Of a stretch of 64,000 nucleotides of DNA, positions 11,029 through 22,878 are shown piece by piece. This DNA comes from an uncultured Phycisphaerales bacterium (GTDB lineage: Bacteria > Planctomycetota > Phycisphaerae > Tepidisphaerales > Tepidisphaeraceae): positions 3,200,001 through 3,264,000 of the forward strand of contig CAVWLP010000002.1 of the NCBI GenBank assembly GCA_963755915.1. Reading direction: 5' to 3'. A model generated the notes under the pieces. The model did not search any database, had not been told where the DNA came from, and saw only the letters and a list, made by a program, of their open reading frames with translations. The stretch's first letter is position 1. Every line of letters begins with the position of its first letter. The translations under genes were made by a program, and so were the position numbers.

Positions 11029-12094
11029 TGCGCTTCCGATGCCCAACCTCAACCCAGCGACTGCCCGCAATACTCTCGAGGATTGCCAAATTACACTCCA
11101 GGTTCATCACCCCCTCCTCAAGCCCACATGGTGGCCGCGCCTTTCCTTCAATCGCATCCAGAAATCCATTCGCCTGCCGAATGAACAATTGATCCCGCTC
11201 CTGCGGGCCAGTCGGAAAATCCGACCACGCAGAATCCGGTTTCTCCATGCAGCGCCATCGCGAACGATGATATTCAAATCGCGCGATTCCCCGCTCACAG
11301 ATCACGCTGATCGTCGCCTCATTCGCCGCCTGATGCTGATTGAGGCTATAGGTCCCGGGAACATCCCCATGCCGCGCCAGCACGTGCACGGTGTCTTCAA
11401 CTTCAACATTCTCCAGCGCCTGGTGCGAGGAATCGGCCACCAGCCGATCGATCGGTCCCGCAAGCCATTGGCCGGCATCGAGGAAATGCGTCAATGCATC
11501 CTGCACCGCTCCACCGCCGCTCGCTCGCGAGGCGTAATAGGTTTGCGGGTAATTCGGTCGATACGTCGGAAAATGCTGCCCCGCGACGCAGACAATCTCC
11601 AGCACGTTTCCAAATCGTCCCGAAACGATCGCCGCCTGCATCTCCGCCAGCGCTTGATGCGCACGATATACGTACCCGACCGCCGCAACACGATTCTCGC
11701 TCGCCGCTCGCTCGCTCAGCGCCTCGATTCCATCCAGCGAAACAGAAAGCGGCTTTTCGATCAGCACGTGCAGCCCCGCATCAACGAGCCTCATTGCCAG
11801 GGGCACGTGCGTGGGCGCTGGAGTCGCGATAACCGCGCAGTTCACCCCCGCTTCAATCCCTGCATTAAGGCTCTCAACCCTTCGGGCGCTCGAATACCGA
11901 AGCGAAATTTCATTCCCCAGCGCGGAATTCGTATCCGCGAAAAGCACCTCCGCTCGGTTCGTGCTCAAAAAGCACCGAAGATGCCGCTCCCCTATCGACC
12001 CAACACCGACTACCAGGACTCGATGGCGTGCGACATCGCGGTTGGCGCCTCTATCATCAACTGTACGGCACATTTTTGGAGATTTGAACGTCAC
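11015..12094 (-). CDS. Gfo/Idh/MocA-family oxidoreductase (true start probably near 12035)
   Basis: VLVVGVGSIG, IATPAPTH, HVLIEKP and GGGAVQDALTH. Confidence 0.9.
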   Translation of the reverse strand: MTFKSPKMCRTVDDRGANRDVARHRVLVVGVGSIGERHLRCFLSTNRAEVLFADTNSALGNEISLRYSSARRVESLNAGIEAGVNCAVIATPAPTHVPLAMRLVDAGLHVLIEKPLSVSLDGIEALSERAASENRVAAVGYVYRAHQALAEMQAAIVSGRFGNVLEIVCVAGQHFPTYRPNYPQTYYASRASGGGAVQDALTHFLDAGQWLAGPIDRLVADSSHQALENVEVEDTVHVLARHGDVPGTYSLNQHQAANEATISVICERGIARFEYHRSRWRCMEKPDSAWSDFPTGPQERDQLFIRQANGFLDAIEGKARPPCGLEEGVMNLECNLAILESIAGSRWVEVGHRKRISGR

Positions 12095-12113
12095 AATTTA
12101 CATAACTGTGTCG
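12089..12113. promoter_or_regulatory. Candidate GntR operator B in the divergent region
   Basis: CGTCACAATTTACATAACTGTGTCG, similar to 10311-10335. Confidence 0.55.
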
Positions 12114-12131
12114 TCAGACTATCATCCCGGA

Positions 12132-14532
12132 ATGTCGCGGGCAAGCCGACATTCCTGTAGCCCTCACCGTCCCCGTATTGCGCAGATTCCTCTCGCCGCA
12201 TTGATTGCTCTGGTGTTTGCCGCCCCAGCATACGCCGACGATCTTCACCAGATTTTCGTATCCCCCTGGTTCGAAAACCCGCAGAGCGTCCACAACGCCT
12301 GGACACCCGTGCGCCTGACTTTGACCAATCTCAGTGATGGGGATCCGCCCAATCAGTTTGTCGTCGCCGAAGTCCCCGGCCCCGATGGCCTCTTTGACGT
12401 GCAGATCGCAGTTGCCGTGCCCGGCGCACGCGCTGGACACAGTTGGTCTTACTTCCTCCATTTCCTCCTCAAAGAACCGAAAGCCCCACGATCTTTCGCT
12501 GGCAGATTTCCGGTGCCAATGTAGCACAGACCGATTTGCTCCTGCACCATTCTCCGGACTCCGATGATGCTGAGCGCCGCACGACGATCTTGAATCTCGC
12601 TGGCGACGACTTTGAGGAAGATTCCAGCAGCGATTTCGGCGCATTCGCAAAAACCCTATCGAACATCACGGGAACCACCACGATCCCCTGGCACGCCGAA
12701 CTACAACACGCCCTTCGCAACCCCGCTGGATACGACAGTTGTCGCCTGATCGCCCTGGCCGGTGGATCGCCCCAGATCCTCGACTCCCTTCAACGTCATG
12801 CCCTTCTCGAATTCGTGCGCACCGGAGGAACCCTTCTGGTCTGCGATCCCAAGCCTCAGGTCTCGTGGCTCGATCGATATCTCCCAGTACGGCTTATCGG
12901 CTCGCGCCTGGCGACCCACATCGGGCAAGTCGCCCTGAAAAATCCTGAGCAGATTTGCGAAGCAATTCCCGCTGGCGGTGAAGCCGTACTTTCGGACGGT
13001 TCTTTCGTTTACGCAGCTTACGCGTCGCTGGGACTCGGACGAATCTCATTCATCGGCTTCCCGATTACGTCACTGACATTGGACCAAGCTGCATCCCGGC
13101 GTCTCTGGTCCGATTTGCTCGGCCTCGCCGCTCCCGACCCATCATGGTCGGCTAGCGCCTTGCCCGCCCGCCAAAATGCGATCATCGGTCAAATGATCGG
13201 TACCCCCGTTCCCTCACGAGGCGTCGCATTTATTCTCGCCATCGGTTTCGCCGCTTTCGTGCTCGTAACCCAATTGATCTGGCGCACCGCTAATCGCCCG
13301 TTTGGCTACGTCATCACATCCATGGCCGCCATCGCCGGTTCTCTCGCCTTGCTGATCCTGGGCATGGCGCACCAGCGATCCGCGCCCCTCGCCGCCGCCG
13401 CAGTGGATGTCGCGCACCTGAGCGACAGCGGCGGCTTCGTTCAGGAATTTGCCGCATTTACCGGAAATGAAAGTAATCTCGAACTTACCACCTCTGACTG
13501 GCAATCAACCCTTCGCCCATCGGCTTACGACGATTCCCATCCCCCGATTCTGTGCCTTGCGCCCTTCTCCGCCCCTGATGCCGGAGCAGCTCCGCGCCGC
13601 GTCGATCGGATCTGGGAAGCCTCCTCTCCGATCCCCGCCGGAACTTCTGCCACAGCATATGGCACGTTCGATCAATCCGGCCTCAATCTTTCGGTGAACA
13701 ATCAGATCAACTCACCGCTTCTAAATCCTGTGCTCGTCTACGGCACAAGCGTCTATCCCCTGAAATCGCTTCCAATTGGTGTCTCAAGAACAACGCTCAC
13801 CGCCAGATATAATCGCTCGCAGTCAGACCCGTTCGTCAACGCCGGCCCCATCATCAACGAATCGGACATCCTCTGCACCAAATCCTCCGATCGCTCCTGA
13901 CCATCTCTCAAACGTCAGAAACTCCTGCCGACATTTCATCTCGCGCCTGGGTTGCTGGTTGGACGGGTTCTGAGCCGTCTCTGATTGCCTCCTCGATCCA
14001 GCCAGCGCTCAATCGCTCGCTGAAACTGGCAATCTTCCCCTTTGTCATTCACCCCTCGCCGCCAGGTTCGGCCATTAAGGTCGATTCCGGCTTTAACGAA
14101 GTCCTCATCAATACCGGCTCCATCCCAATCTACGATTCCTGGAAGGGCGACTGGGTCGGTTGCAACCAAGGCGGCCTTTGGGAAATCGGAATTCGCCCCC
14201 CTCGAGCAATCGGTCCTGCGAATTGGACCCGCGCCACCCTTCACGCAAGCATCGAGCTTCCCATGCAGACGATGACAATTCGTCACGAGCAGGTCCAGAA
14301 CGGAAGCGTTCAAATCAACCCTGCCGGCGCCGAGGTCGCAACGTGGTCAAACACATTCGGCTCCCAACCTGTAGCATCCTTCGATCTCTCTTCAAACGAC
14401 ATCGATCGCAACGGGACACTTTGGCTCCTGGCAAAAGTCAACGCGCCTTCCGATTCCAGTTCCGCCCATCTCTGGCAATTCACGGAATTCGGCGTCGACC
14501 TCTTCGGCCAGACACCATCGGAAAACCACTAA
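12132..14532 (+). CDS. Large exported/membrane accessory protein of an ABC operon; several frameshifts
   Basis: Signal peptide ending AAPAYA-DD, an amidotransferase-like GGTLLV...GLGRI segment and two TM helices. Spread over ORFs 11811-12524, 12443-13900 and 14263-14532; the stop overlaps the next ATG. Confidence 0.6.
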
Positions 14533-15468
14533 TGTCCAAGGATCCAAACCAAGTCGTGCTTCAGACCCGAAATCTCTCCAAGCGCTACGGCGAGCACGTC
14601 GCACTTTCTGATCTCAATCTCCAAATTCATCGCGGCGAAGTATTCGGTTACATCGGCCCAAATGGGGCCGGAAAAACGACCACCTTCCGGATTCTCTGCG
14701 GCCTACTGGAACCATCTGAAGGCAGCGCCTTGATCGCCGGGGAGGACGTCACCCGCAACAAGGACCGCATCAAGCAGCTCGTCGGCTTCCTTCCCGATAA
14801 CTTCGGCGTCTATCCCTCCTTGCGCGTCTGGGAATATCTCGACTTCTTTGCTGCCGCATACAATCTTCCCAGAAAGGCGCACCCCGATCGGATCAATCAC
14901 TGCCTCCAGATCGCCAACGCCAAGGAATTCCGTGACAAGCTTCTCGGTGGACTTTCCCGCGGCATGAAGCAGCGCGTAGGAATTGCCAAGACCCTCCTGC
15001 ACGATCCACAGGTCCTGATTCTCGACGAGCCTGCCGCCACGATCGATCCGCGCCCGAATCGAAATGCGACGACTTCTCCGCCAGCTCGCGGACCTCGGCA
15101 AGGCCGTGCTCGTCTCCTCTCACATTCTTCCCGAGCTGGCCGACGTCTGCGACACCGTCGGCATATTGCAGGAGGGCAAGCTGGTCGCTAACGGCACCCT
15201 CCACGACATCATGCTCAATATCCGCCAGAAGCGCCTGATGCAGATTCAGGTCGTCGGAAGCCTCGAGAAGGCCCGCGAACTGCTCTCCGCCAGGGGATGG
15301 GAACCCATCCAATCGCCCGAACCCGATGTCCTTCGATTTGAAGTCCAGGCGGATGAACCGCAATTAGCCGAAGCGCTCGCCGAACTCGTTCGCGATGGCG
15401 TCACGGTGTTTGGATTTACCGAAGTTCCCGCGGATCTCGAGGATGTCTTTATGTCCCTCACCCGGTGA
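14532..15468 (+). CDS. ABC transporter ATP-binding protein; frameshift near 15050
   Basis: GPNGAGKTT, LSRGMKQR, ILDEP and VSSHILPEL. Confidence 0.93.
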
Positions 15469-15497
15469 GGAATCTTCAGGACTGTCTCGAATAAAAG

Positions 15498-17165
15498 ATG
15501 AACATCATTCTCCTTAAAGATCTTGTCGAACTCCTTCGCCTTCGCCGGGTGGCCGCCATTCAGATCTCATTTGTCATCGTGCTGTCTTTCCTCACCTTGG
15601 CGACCTGGCCGCAAAGCGGTGTACTCGCCGTCGCCGCGCAGGGGCGCGACACCCTTCTCTTCGGCCTGGTCATCGGCCAGCTCGCCCTGCTCACCCTGTT
15701 CGTCCCCAGCATGGCCGCAACTGCGATCTGCCGGGAACGCGAGATGAACACCTTCGAAATGCTCTACGCATCGAGCCTCTCTCCCAGGCGCATTGTGATC
15801 GGCAAAACTCTCTCCGCAGTCAGCTTCCCGTTTCTCCTCATCATCGACGGGTTGCCCTTTCTATCGCTGTTGGTTTGGCGCGGAGATGTCGATTTTCGTC
15901 AGTTGCTGCTTTCCTACTCCGTTCTGGTCGTCGCCGCCATCATGCTGGCCCTGATCTGCCTCGCCGTCTCCGCATTCAGCCATCAAACTGCAACGGCCAT
16001 CATCGTTTCCTACATTCTGGTTCTGACTCTTTTCGGCGGCCTTCTGGTCCCAGCGTCCCTGCTCCTTCACGAATCTTCTGGGTTGCTTGCGATGGTCCTC
16101 CACTACGCTCGATCGCTTTCCCCTGTCGCAGCCGCCCTCAGCCTGCTCAGGCCGGATTTCGGCGACGCCCTTTTTGGTGGCCGCGCCCAGGACGGATTGC
16201 TCCCCATCTGGCAAGTCTTCCTCCCCCTTGCCGGTCTCACCATCATCGGCTGCTTCTGCGCACTGGTCGCGCATTTGCAAAAACCTCCCGCGGAAAAGCA
16301 GCAGAAATTCGACCCCGCCCTTGCCGGTGAGGATCGTACTTTGGTCCGCAAAGTGGTTTTCCTCATCGACGACCGCAAACAGCGCAAGCCCCTCGGATCG
16401 CTGAATCCCATCGCCGGCAAGGAGCGACGCACCCACGGGATTCGCAGCGGACGCTGGATGATCCGCACCTTTTACGCATCACTCGTTTTCGCCCTCGCCT
16501 TGGCCGTAATGGGCCTCTACGGCGGAATCGAACACGCCGATCTGCTTGCCCATGTTGCCACAATCCTTGTCGTGCTCCAGCTTTGCTTGGTAGCCATCAT
16601 CGACCCAATCCTTACCTGCTCCACCATCAGCAATGAAATCGAAACCGGCACGTTCGAAATGCTGCGGCTTACGCCGCTCAAAAGTTCCACGCTGTTCTGG
16701 GGCAAACTTCTTCCTGCGCTTCCCGCGGCACTTTTGCCGGTCGTGGCGCTACTGCCCGCTTACGGTGCAATCGCTTATGTTGATCCGGGATACCTCTCCC
16801 GCTTTCTCGTCCTTCTTCCCGTCGTCCTTTTGTCCGCGCTCTTCTGCTGCATGGTTGGCCTGGCCGCCAGTTGCTTCTTCGATCGCACCGCCCGCGCCAC
16901 CGTTGCGGCTTATCTATGCTGCGCCGCGATCTTTCTGATCCCCGTCTTCCCATACCTCGCGTCGGGCGTTGAGATCAGCTCGACCCTGGGCGCCTGGCTC
17001 GGACTTACTAGCCCCCTCGTCATCGCCCTTAACTTCATGCCCGGCGGGCTGCCCGATGTGCGCACGATCTGGCTGGTTCATCTGATCGTAATCGGCATCA
17101 TGTGCATCGTTCTGCTGTTCGGCTCTCGATACCGATTGACCGTCCTGATGCGCCGTGGAGACTGA
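15498..17165 (+). CDS. ABC-2-type permease with duplicated halves
   Basis: Two E(R/I)E..TFEML motifs and many TM segments. Confidence 0.85.
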   Translation: MNIILLKDLVELLRLRRVAAIQISFVIVLSFLTLATWPQSGVLAVAAQGRDTLLFGLVIGQLALLTLFVPSMAATAICREREMNTFEMLYASSLSPRRIVIGKTLSAVSFPFLLIIDGLPFLSLLVWRGDVDFRQLLLSYSVLVVAAIMLALICLAVSAFSHQTATAIIVSYILVLTLFGGLLVPASLLLHESSGLLAMVLHYARSLSPVAAALSLLRPDFGDALFGGRAQDGLLPIWQVFLPLAGLTIIGCFCALVAHLQKPPAEKQQKFDPALAGEDRTLVRKVVFLIDDRKQRKPLGSLNPIAGKERRTHGIRSGRWMIRTFYASLVFALALAVMGLYGGIEHADLLAHVATILVVLQLCLVAIIDPILTCSTISNEIETGTFEMLRLTPLKSSTLFWGKLLPALPAALLPVVALLPAYGAIAYVDPGYLSRFLVLLPVVLLSALFCCMVGLAASCFFDRTARATVAAYLCCAAIFLIPVFPYLASGVEISSTLGAWLGLTSPLVIALNFMPGGLPDVRTIWLVHLIVIGIMCIVLLFGSRYRLTVLMRRGD

Positions 17166-18838
17166 TGATGTTCCTGGCCCGGACAATTTTTCTCTTCCTA
17201 TTGAGCGCAGTCGCCTCCGCAGGCGCATCCAGCGTAATTCTTCCCTCCATTGAGACACCCCTACCCTTTGGCATCAATGTCATTTCGCTGCCACCACCCG
17301 CCCGCGTGAACCTCACTAGCCCCAGAACCGTCGATCTGCTCACCGCCGAATTACGTAAGCCCGAAACGACTCCAGATCGTAAGGCGGAACTGATCGCCGA
17401 TCTCGCCCGAACCCAGCTCCAATCTGCCGCAATTCCCCTGATCAACGCCGCCGGCGATCCCGACCCCGCGATCCGTGCATGTGTTGCCCAGGCCCTCGCG
17501 TCGCTCGCCGATCCGTCCACATCCGATGCGATCAAGCGCCTTTCAATCGACAACGATCCTGAAGTCCGCGCCGAGGCCGACCGCGCCGCCGGCGCACTCC
17601 ATCTGCAAGATCTAGTATCCGCAGGCATACGCGACCCCGAATCCGAGGTCGTCTGCGCTTCTCTCTCAGTTGCCGCCGACCCGCAAGCCGGCGAAATCGC
17701 CGCCCGATTGGCCGACCCAGAGATCAATATCCGCGTCGCCGCCATCAACGCGGTCGCCCGCGCGGATCTTCAGCGCCGATTCCGATGCCGTCGCTGCGCT
17801 CCTCGACAAGGATCTCGCCACGAGCATCGCAGCCGTCCGGGCATAGGCGTCATCGGCGCCGCCTCCCACGCAAACGACGTCGTCAAACTTCTCTCCGATC
17901 CACATCCCACCGTACGCCGTGAAGCGACCATGGCCCTCGTGGGCGTTCTGTCGCCAGCCGATGCCCAGTCGCTCGCGATCAAAATGCTTGCCGACGATGA
18001 CGAATCTGTCAGAACGTCTGCCGCCCTCACCCTTGCAAAAGTACCCGGCCTCGCCGCCGTCGTTCCCTTGGTCAAACAGCTTTCGGATCCGTACGTCCCA
18101 TTGCACGACGCCGCACGTTCCGCGCTTCTTGCCGCCGGCAGCGCGGCCATTCCCGCCGCTGAAAATCTCCTGGATGATCCAAATCCCCGCCGCCGGGAGG
18201 ACGGCTCCTGGCTGCTGGGAACTCTTCACAACCCGACCGCCTTCCACCGGCATCTTGCGTTACTCAATGATCCTGACTGGAATGTCGTCGCCCAGGCCGC
18301 CGAATCTCTCGGCGAAATTGGCGATTCCAGCGCCGGTCCCAAACTCCAGCAAACCTTCGAGCGCGCCTGCAATCTCATCTCCGGGACCGAGGTGCCGACT
18401 GCGCCCGCCGCAGTGGCCGCGACGAATGCGATTGTGTCCGCCGTCCAACTCCGTTTTGCCCCCATCGTTCCCGAGGTAACTCCGCTGATCCTTAAGCGGG
18501 GCGACTATCCTCCGAACGTTCGTGCCGCCGCCATTTGGGCGGTTGGCATCCTCGGCGCTCCCGACGAGTCAAATATTTTCCGCCAACTACACAACCTCAT
18601 CGAAGACCCGTTCGAAGCCGGCGACGTAAAGATCGAATCCGTCAAAGCGGTCGGAAACCGAAAATCACTTGACGGCAAATCCGTCTTCGACTCCGCCGCC
18701 GCCGTGATGACGTCCGACGAGCAACTCGCAATAGTACACTGGTCCGAGGACCGCCTGTATGGCTCTGTCACTCCGTTTTCGCTGCCCGTCGAAAAGTTCA
18801 TCGCCGACACAAGCATCACGGACCAGGTCGGCAACTGA
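17165..18838 (+). CDS. HEAT-repeat protein with signal peptide
   Basis: Repeated L.D.DP.VR..A..AL motifs; an out-of-frame patch near 17770-17850 suggests compensating indels. Confidence 0.85.
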   Translation: MMFLARTIFLFLLSAVASAGASSVILPSIETPLPFGINVISLPPPARVNLTSPRTVDLLTAELRKPETTPDRKAELIADLARTQLQSAAIPLINAAGDPDPAIRACVAQALASLADPSTSDAIKRLSIDNDPEVRAEADRAAGALHLQDLVSAGIRDPESEVVCASLSVAADPQAGEIAARLADPEINIRVAAINAVARADLQRRFRCRRCAPRQGSRHEHRSRPGIGVIGAASHANDVVKLLSDPHPTVRREATMALVGVLSPADAQSLAIKMLADDDESVRTSAALTLAKVPGLAAVVPLVKQLSDPYVPLHDAARSALLAAGSAAIPAAENLLDDPNPRRREDGSWLLGTLHNPTAFHRHLALLNDPDWNVVAQAAESLGEIGDSSAGPKLQQTFERACNLISGTEVPTAPAAVAATNAIVSAVQLRFAPIVPEVTPLILKRGDYPPNVRAAAIWAVGILGAPDESNIFRQLHNLIEDPFEAGDVKIESVKAVGNRKSLDGKSVFDSAAAVMTSDEQLAIVHWSEDRLYGSVTPFSLPVEKFIADTSITDQVGN

Positions 18839-18913
18839 AAACCGAGGATTCCCATGCCGGAAATCGAATCGTCCAACGACACGCAGCTGTTTGTCCCCTG
18901 TTCGTCGCTCGCT

Positions 18914-20344
18914 CTATACGCCACTCTCGTCCTCATACACCGGCGCCACGTAATGTTGGCTTCCCCCCAGCCGCACCCAATTACGATATAAAACCAACCA
19001 TAAAACCAGGGATATGGCCGTTAAGACCGCGCTCCACCAGTAAATCACCTTGTAGGACCCCATCCGGTCCACGACCAATCCGACCACATAGTTCGAAACA
19101 ATCACAAATATCGATTGCGTCAGCGAAACCGCCGAGGTGAATTGCCCAAATTGAGTCTTCGGGAATATCGCCGGCAGCAGCGGCCCGCTTGCTGAAACCG
19201 CCAGCGCCGCAGCCACCGCCGCGAGCGTCGTCCACACAAAAAAGCTCCGCTCGGAATGGATTCCCAGCGCGCTTCCCAATCCGACCGTCAGCGTCACCAT
19301 AAACCCAATCAGGCTAAGCCGCATCGGATGGATCCGGTCGGCCAGCCACCCAAACGGATAAAATAAGATTACGCTGATGACCGATCCCCAACTAAGTATC
19401 TTCCCATAGTCGTCCAGCGTCATCCCCAGGTCTTTGGCGAACAAGATTCGAAACAAAAGAATCCCCGATCCTCCCGCCGTTGAAAGCCCAAACGCCAGAT
19501 AAAGCGTCCAGTAAAACCGGACGAAAAAACACTCGCGGATAAAGGTCCGCACGCCCGAAAATCGCGATCCCCCATCGACAGCCGGAGCCGGCGCTGGATA
19601 TTCCCCCTCCTTCACTCGCCAACTCATGACCAGAAATACCGAAAGGTAAATGATCGCAATGGACAAAAATACCGCATGCGGATGTTTTTCGGCGGCTCCC
19701 AGAAAATACCTGCTGAATACGATTCCTCCGCCCGCCCCAACCACTCGAAACAAAGCATAAAATCGCCCCAGGAATTGCTGCGGAATTACGTCATTGAACA
19801 GGTAGTAATAAACGTAATAAACGAACACGTTAAAGAATTGAAACAGAATCGAACACACCGCCACCGAGAAAAAAATAACCTGCCCATTTGAAATCGAACC
19901 GAACCGCGCAAACAGCATCCCATGAAGCCCCGCCCCGATGCTCGGCGCATACCCCGTCAGAACCACACACCCCGCCACAATCGGCGAAAATAAAACCAGG
20001 TACGGAATTCTGCGGCCCCATTTCCCCCGATGACGGTCGCTCCGGTAACTCACCACCGGTGCAAAAAGCAGGTTCAAAATATTCGGAATCGTCCCCGCGA
20101 TCAGCCCGATTGTTGCGTTGGATATCGAAATATCCTTCAGCATCACCGGAACGAGCGACGGTACCACCCCTTCCATCATCGTGAAGCAGAAATCCCCAAA
20201 CAGCATCCAGAAGAAAACGATCACCAGCCCCCGGTAGGTGTAGACGAGCGTCCCGACGCGAAAGAGGCGTTCGCCGCCGTCCGCCAAGTCCCTGCCGGCT
20301 CTTGCCTCAATCGGATTCGTCACCGGGCTGTCCTTTGCCTGCAA
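18914..20344 (-). CDS. MFS transporter (glycoside/sugar symporter-like)
   Basis: SDRHRGKWGRRIPY motif, GWLADR and about 12 TM segments. Confidence 0.88.
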   Translation of the reverse strand: MQAKDSPVTNPIEARAGRDLADGGERLFRVGTLVYTYRGLVIVFFWMLFGDFCFTMMEGVVPSLVPVMLKDISISNATIGLIAGTIPNILNLLFAPVVSYRSDRHRGKWGRRIPYLVLFSPIVAGCVVLTGYAPSIGAGLHGMLFARFGSISNGQVIFFSVAVCSILFQFFNVFVYYVYYYLFNDVIPQQFLGRFYALFRVVGAGGGIVFSRYFLGAAEKHPHAVFLSIAIIYLSVFLVMSWRVKEGEYPAPAPAVDGGSRFSGVRTFIRECFFVRFYWTLYLAFGLSTAGGSGILLFRILFAKDLGMTLDDYGKILSWGSVISVILFYPFGWLADRIHPMRLSLIGFMVTLTVGLGSALGIHSERSFFVWTTLAAVAAALAVSASGPLLPAIFPKTQFGQFTSAVSLTQSIFVIVSNYVVGLVVDRMGSYKVIYWWSAVLTAISLVLWLVLYRNWVRLGGSQHYVAPVYEDESGV

Positions 20345-20403
20345 GCGAAAGCCCTTATTTCCTGATCGCCAGTCTCACCCGCCAACATTAGCGCTTGGCA
20401 AAA

Positions 20404-21962
20404 TCATATCTCTCCGCGCTCTGCGCCAGGTCGCGGGCCGGTGATTTGTTGCGGGCTTTCAGACGTGAAGACCTGCGCGAGCTTGCGCTCATGCTCATCC
20501 TGCGTCATCGCATGAATGCGCGCATCCGACATATAAAACTTCAGCCGGATTTCCTTCCCTACCAGCCGGCCCAGCCCACCGTTCTGTCTCCACCGCACCG
20601 GATGCGACAGCGCATTTCCCTGAATCGGTATCGAATCGCTCTCTAGGAACCCGTCGATCGGTTTCCAGTCCCGGCTCAGCGCTTCCACCCGAATGCTCCC
20701 CGATCCCCACGTGGCCGCATTCAGAAAAAGATTCGGATAGCGGACCACGAACGGTTTGGTCGCAAACCGGCACGGCAAATCGTGCGTCGCCGCCTCCATG
20801 CTGACGAATCGGTCTCGCTTGAACGTGACCAGCCCCATTGCCGTCCCCGTGTACTGCGGCGATTTGTTATCTCCGCATTCCACGTTGTGCGGATAGTTAA
20901 CGCCCTCGTAATAAATATAAACAGTATCGTCCACGACCAGTGGCTCCGGCTGAAAACCCGTCATCACCATGTAATCGAAATATCCCAGGTCCCCCGAAGG
21001 AATAAACACCTCCCGCCGGCAAACACGCGAAAAATCCGTTCCATTGCGGCTCGTGATCAGTTGCACATCAATATTCTCAGGCCCCGGAACCGCGTAATAG
21101 ACCGACATGTACCCAATGTAAACCTGCTCGTAGTTCATGCACGAAAGGTTGTAGATATCCGAATTCACCGGATCGTCCGCATCCATCGAAACGATCACGC
21201 GATAGTTTCCCCAATCCTTCAGGTTCTCGCTGTCCGTGTACGAAAAAACCCGCACATAGCGATCCACCGCCTTCGAATTCTCATCCCCCGGCGCGGCCAT
21301 CATTCGTTCCCCCTCCTGCGGAATCACCCGGCGGTAAACCACCCACTTCTTCTTCGCCTTGTCGTAGATCAGTTGAATCAGGGCATCGTCCCCCCACGAA
21401 GCGACGTCCAGGTGCGTCTGCCAAAATGGATTCTCATCAAAGTGCCAGTGAATCCCATCCGGCGAGGTCCCCAGCCGCGCCCGCGCTTTTTCATCGAGAA
21501 GGCCAACCCCACATATTTCTCCCGCTCATTCCTGGGATGCGGATGGCGCACCACCGACACGATGAATCCCTTGTTCCCCTGGACCACATTGTTGTGCTTC
21601 GCCGCGGCCCGGTCTCCCAGAAAAACGACGTTATGATCCTTCCTGCCCCCCAAATCCGTCGCGCCCAGCATCGGCCGGTCCCAGTGGATTCCATCGGTCG
21701 ACGTGTAATACGCGCTATACGCCGCGTGGTCTGCGACATAATGCTCCCGGAAATCCGACCCGCATCGGCACCACAGCTTGAACAGCTTTTCCTCCGAATC
21801 GTAAAGCGTCGCATACGGCAGGAGCTGATTCCCCTCCCACCACTTGTCCGGCCGCAAGACCGGGTTTAAGAGATGCTTGCGCGGACGATGCACCCTTCGC
21901 CCTACCCCAGCAACCATTTCAATCAGGTGATCATCAAGAAATAACTCGGTGATTGAGGCCAT
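20404..21962 (-). CDS. Beta-propeller glycoside-hydrolase-like protein; frameshift near 21480
   Basis: NPVLRPDKWWE, repeated S.DG.HW boxes and a C-terminal RFVSM...KEIRLKF domain. Confidence 0.6.
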
Positions 21963-22083
21963 GACGTCTTATACCTCGTATAAAAGGCTCAAAATCGCCC
22001 GCCACTTGAAATTCTTTGCATATCGTAACGTGGGCGATACTATATCGGCCATGGGCGGTGGATCAAAGAAAAATGCCAAACAA

Positions 22084-22878
22084 ATGGCCCTAAAACCGGA
22101 TCGAAAGGTCTGCCTGGCATTCATGGCCCACCCCGACGACGCTGAGATTTTTTGCGGCGGAACACTGGTGCGTCTGGCGTCGCTGGAGTGGGAGGTGCAC
22201 ATCGCCACCGCCACCGCCGGCGACTGCGGGTCCACGAGCCTCCCGCCCGATCGAATCGCTCGCCTTCGCCGGCGCGAAGCGGCCGAAAGCGCCGAACTGA
22301 TCGGAGCCGCCTATCACTGCCTCGATGAGCGCGACGTCGACGTCATTTTCGACCACAAGGCCAACCGCAGGGCGATCGATCTGTTCCGCCGGATCGCCCC
22401 CACGCTGGTCTTCACCCATCCGCGCATCGATTACATGCTCGACCACGAGCAAACCCACTTGCTCGCCCGCAGCGCCGCATTCGCCTTTCCAATCCCAAAC
22501 GCATCAAAGCTGCCGCTTCCTGCGGGCGCTGCGCTTCCGTGGCTCTATTATGTAGACCCGATGGAAGGGTTAGACCTACAGGGCAGCCCGGTTCTGCCGA
22601 CGACCATCGTCGATATCACGAACTCGCTCGAAAAAAAATTGCAGATGCTCGCCTGTCACGCTTCGCAGCGTCAGTGGCTTCGTGCGCATCATGGCATTGA
22701 CGAATATCTGGAAGCAGCCAAACGCCACGCGAAAAATCGCGGGAAACTAATCCGCAGCCCCTATGCCGAGGCCTTCATCCAGCACCGAGGCCACGCATTT
22801 CCGCGTGATGACCTGCTCAAAAATCTGCTTTCCAAACACGCACTTAAAAAGGATCCGGCGTTATGGCCAAAGAACTGA
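22084..22878 (+). CDS. PIG-L/LmbE-family N-acetyl deacetylase
   Basis: AHPDDAE, RRREA, DYMLDH and CHASQ. Confidence 0.9.
   Translation: MALKPDRKVCLAFMAHPDDAEIFCGGTLVRLASLEWEVHIATATAGDCGSTSLPPDRIARLRRREAAESAELIGAAYHCLDERDVDVIFDHKANRRAIDLFRRIAPTLVFTHPRIDYMLDHEQTHLLARSAAFAFPIPNASKLPLPAGAALPWLYYVDPMEGLDLQGSPVLPTTIVDITNSLEKKLQMLACHASQRQWLRAHHGIDEYLEAAKRHAKNRGKLIRSPYAEAFIQHRGHAFPRDDLLKNLLSKHALKKDPALWPKN

Noticed and set aside
10844-12160. Long plus-strand ORFs opposite real genes (438 aa here; also 5626-6402, 20782-21636, 41440-42378)
   Set aside because: These are antisense shadows typical of GC-rich coding DNA and have no recognisable motifs.
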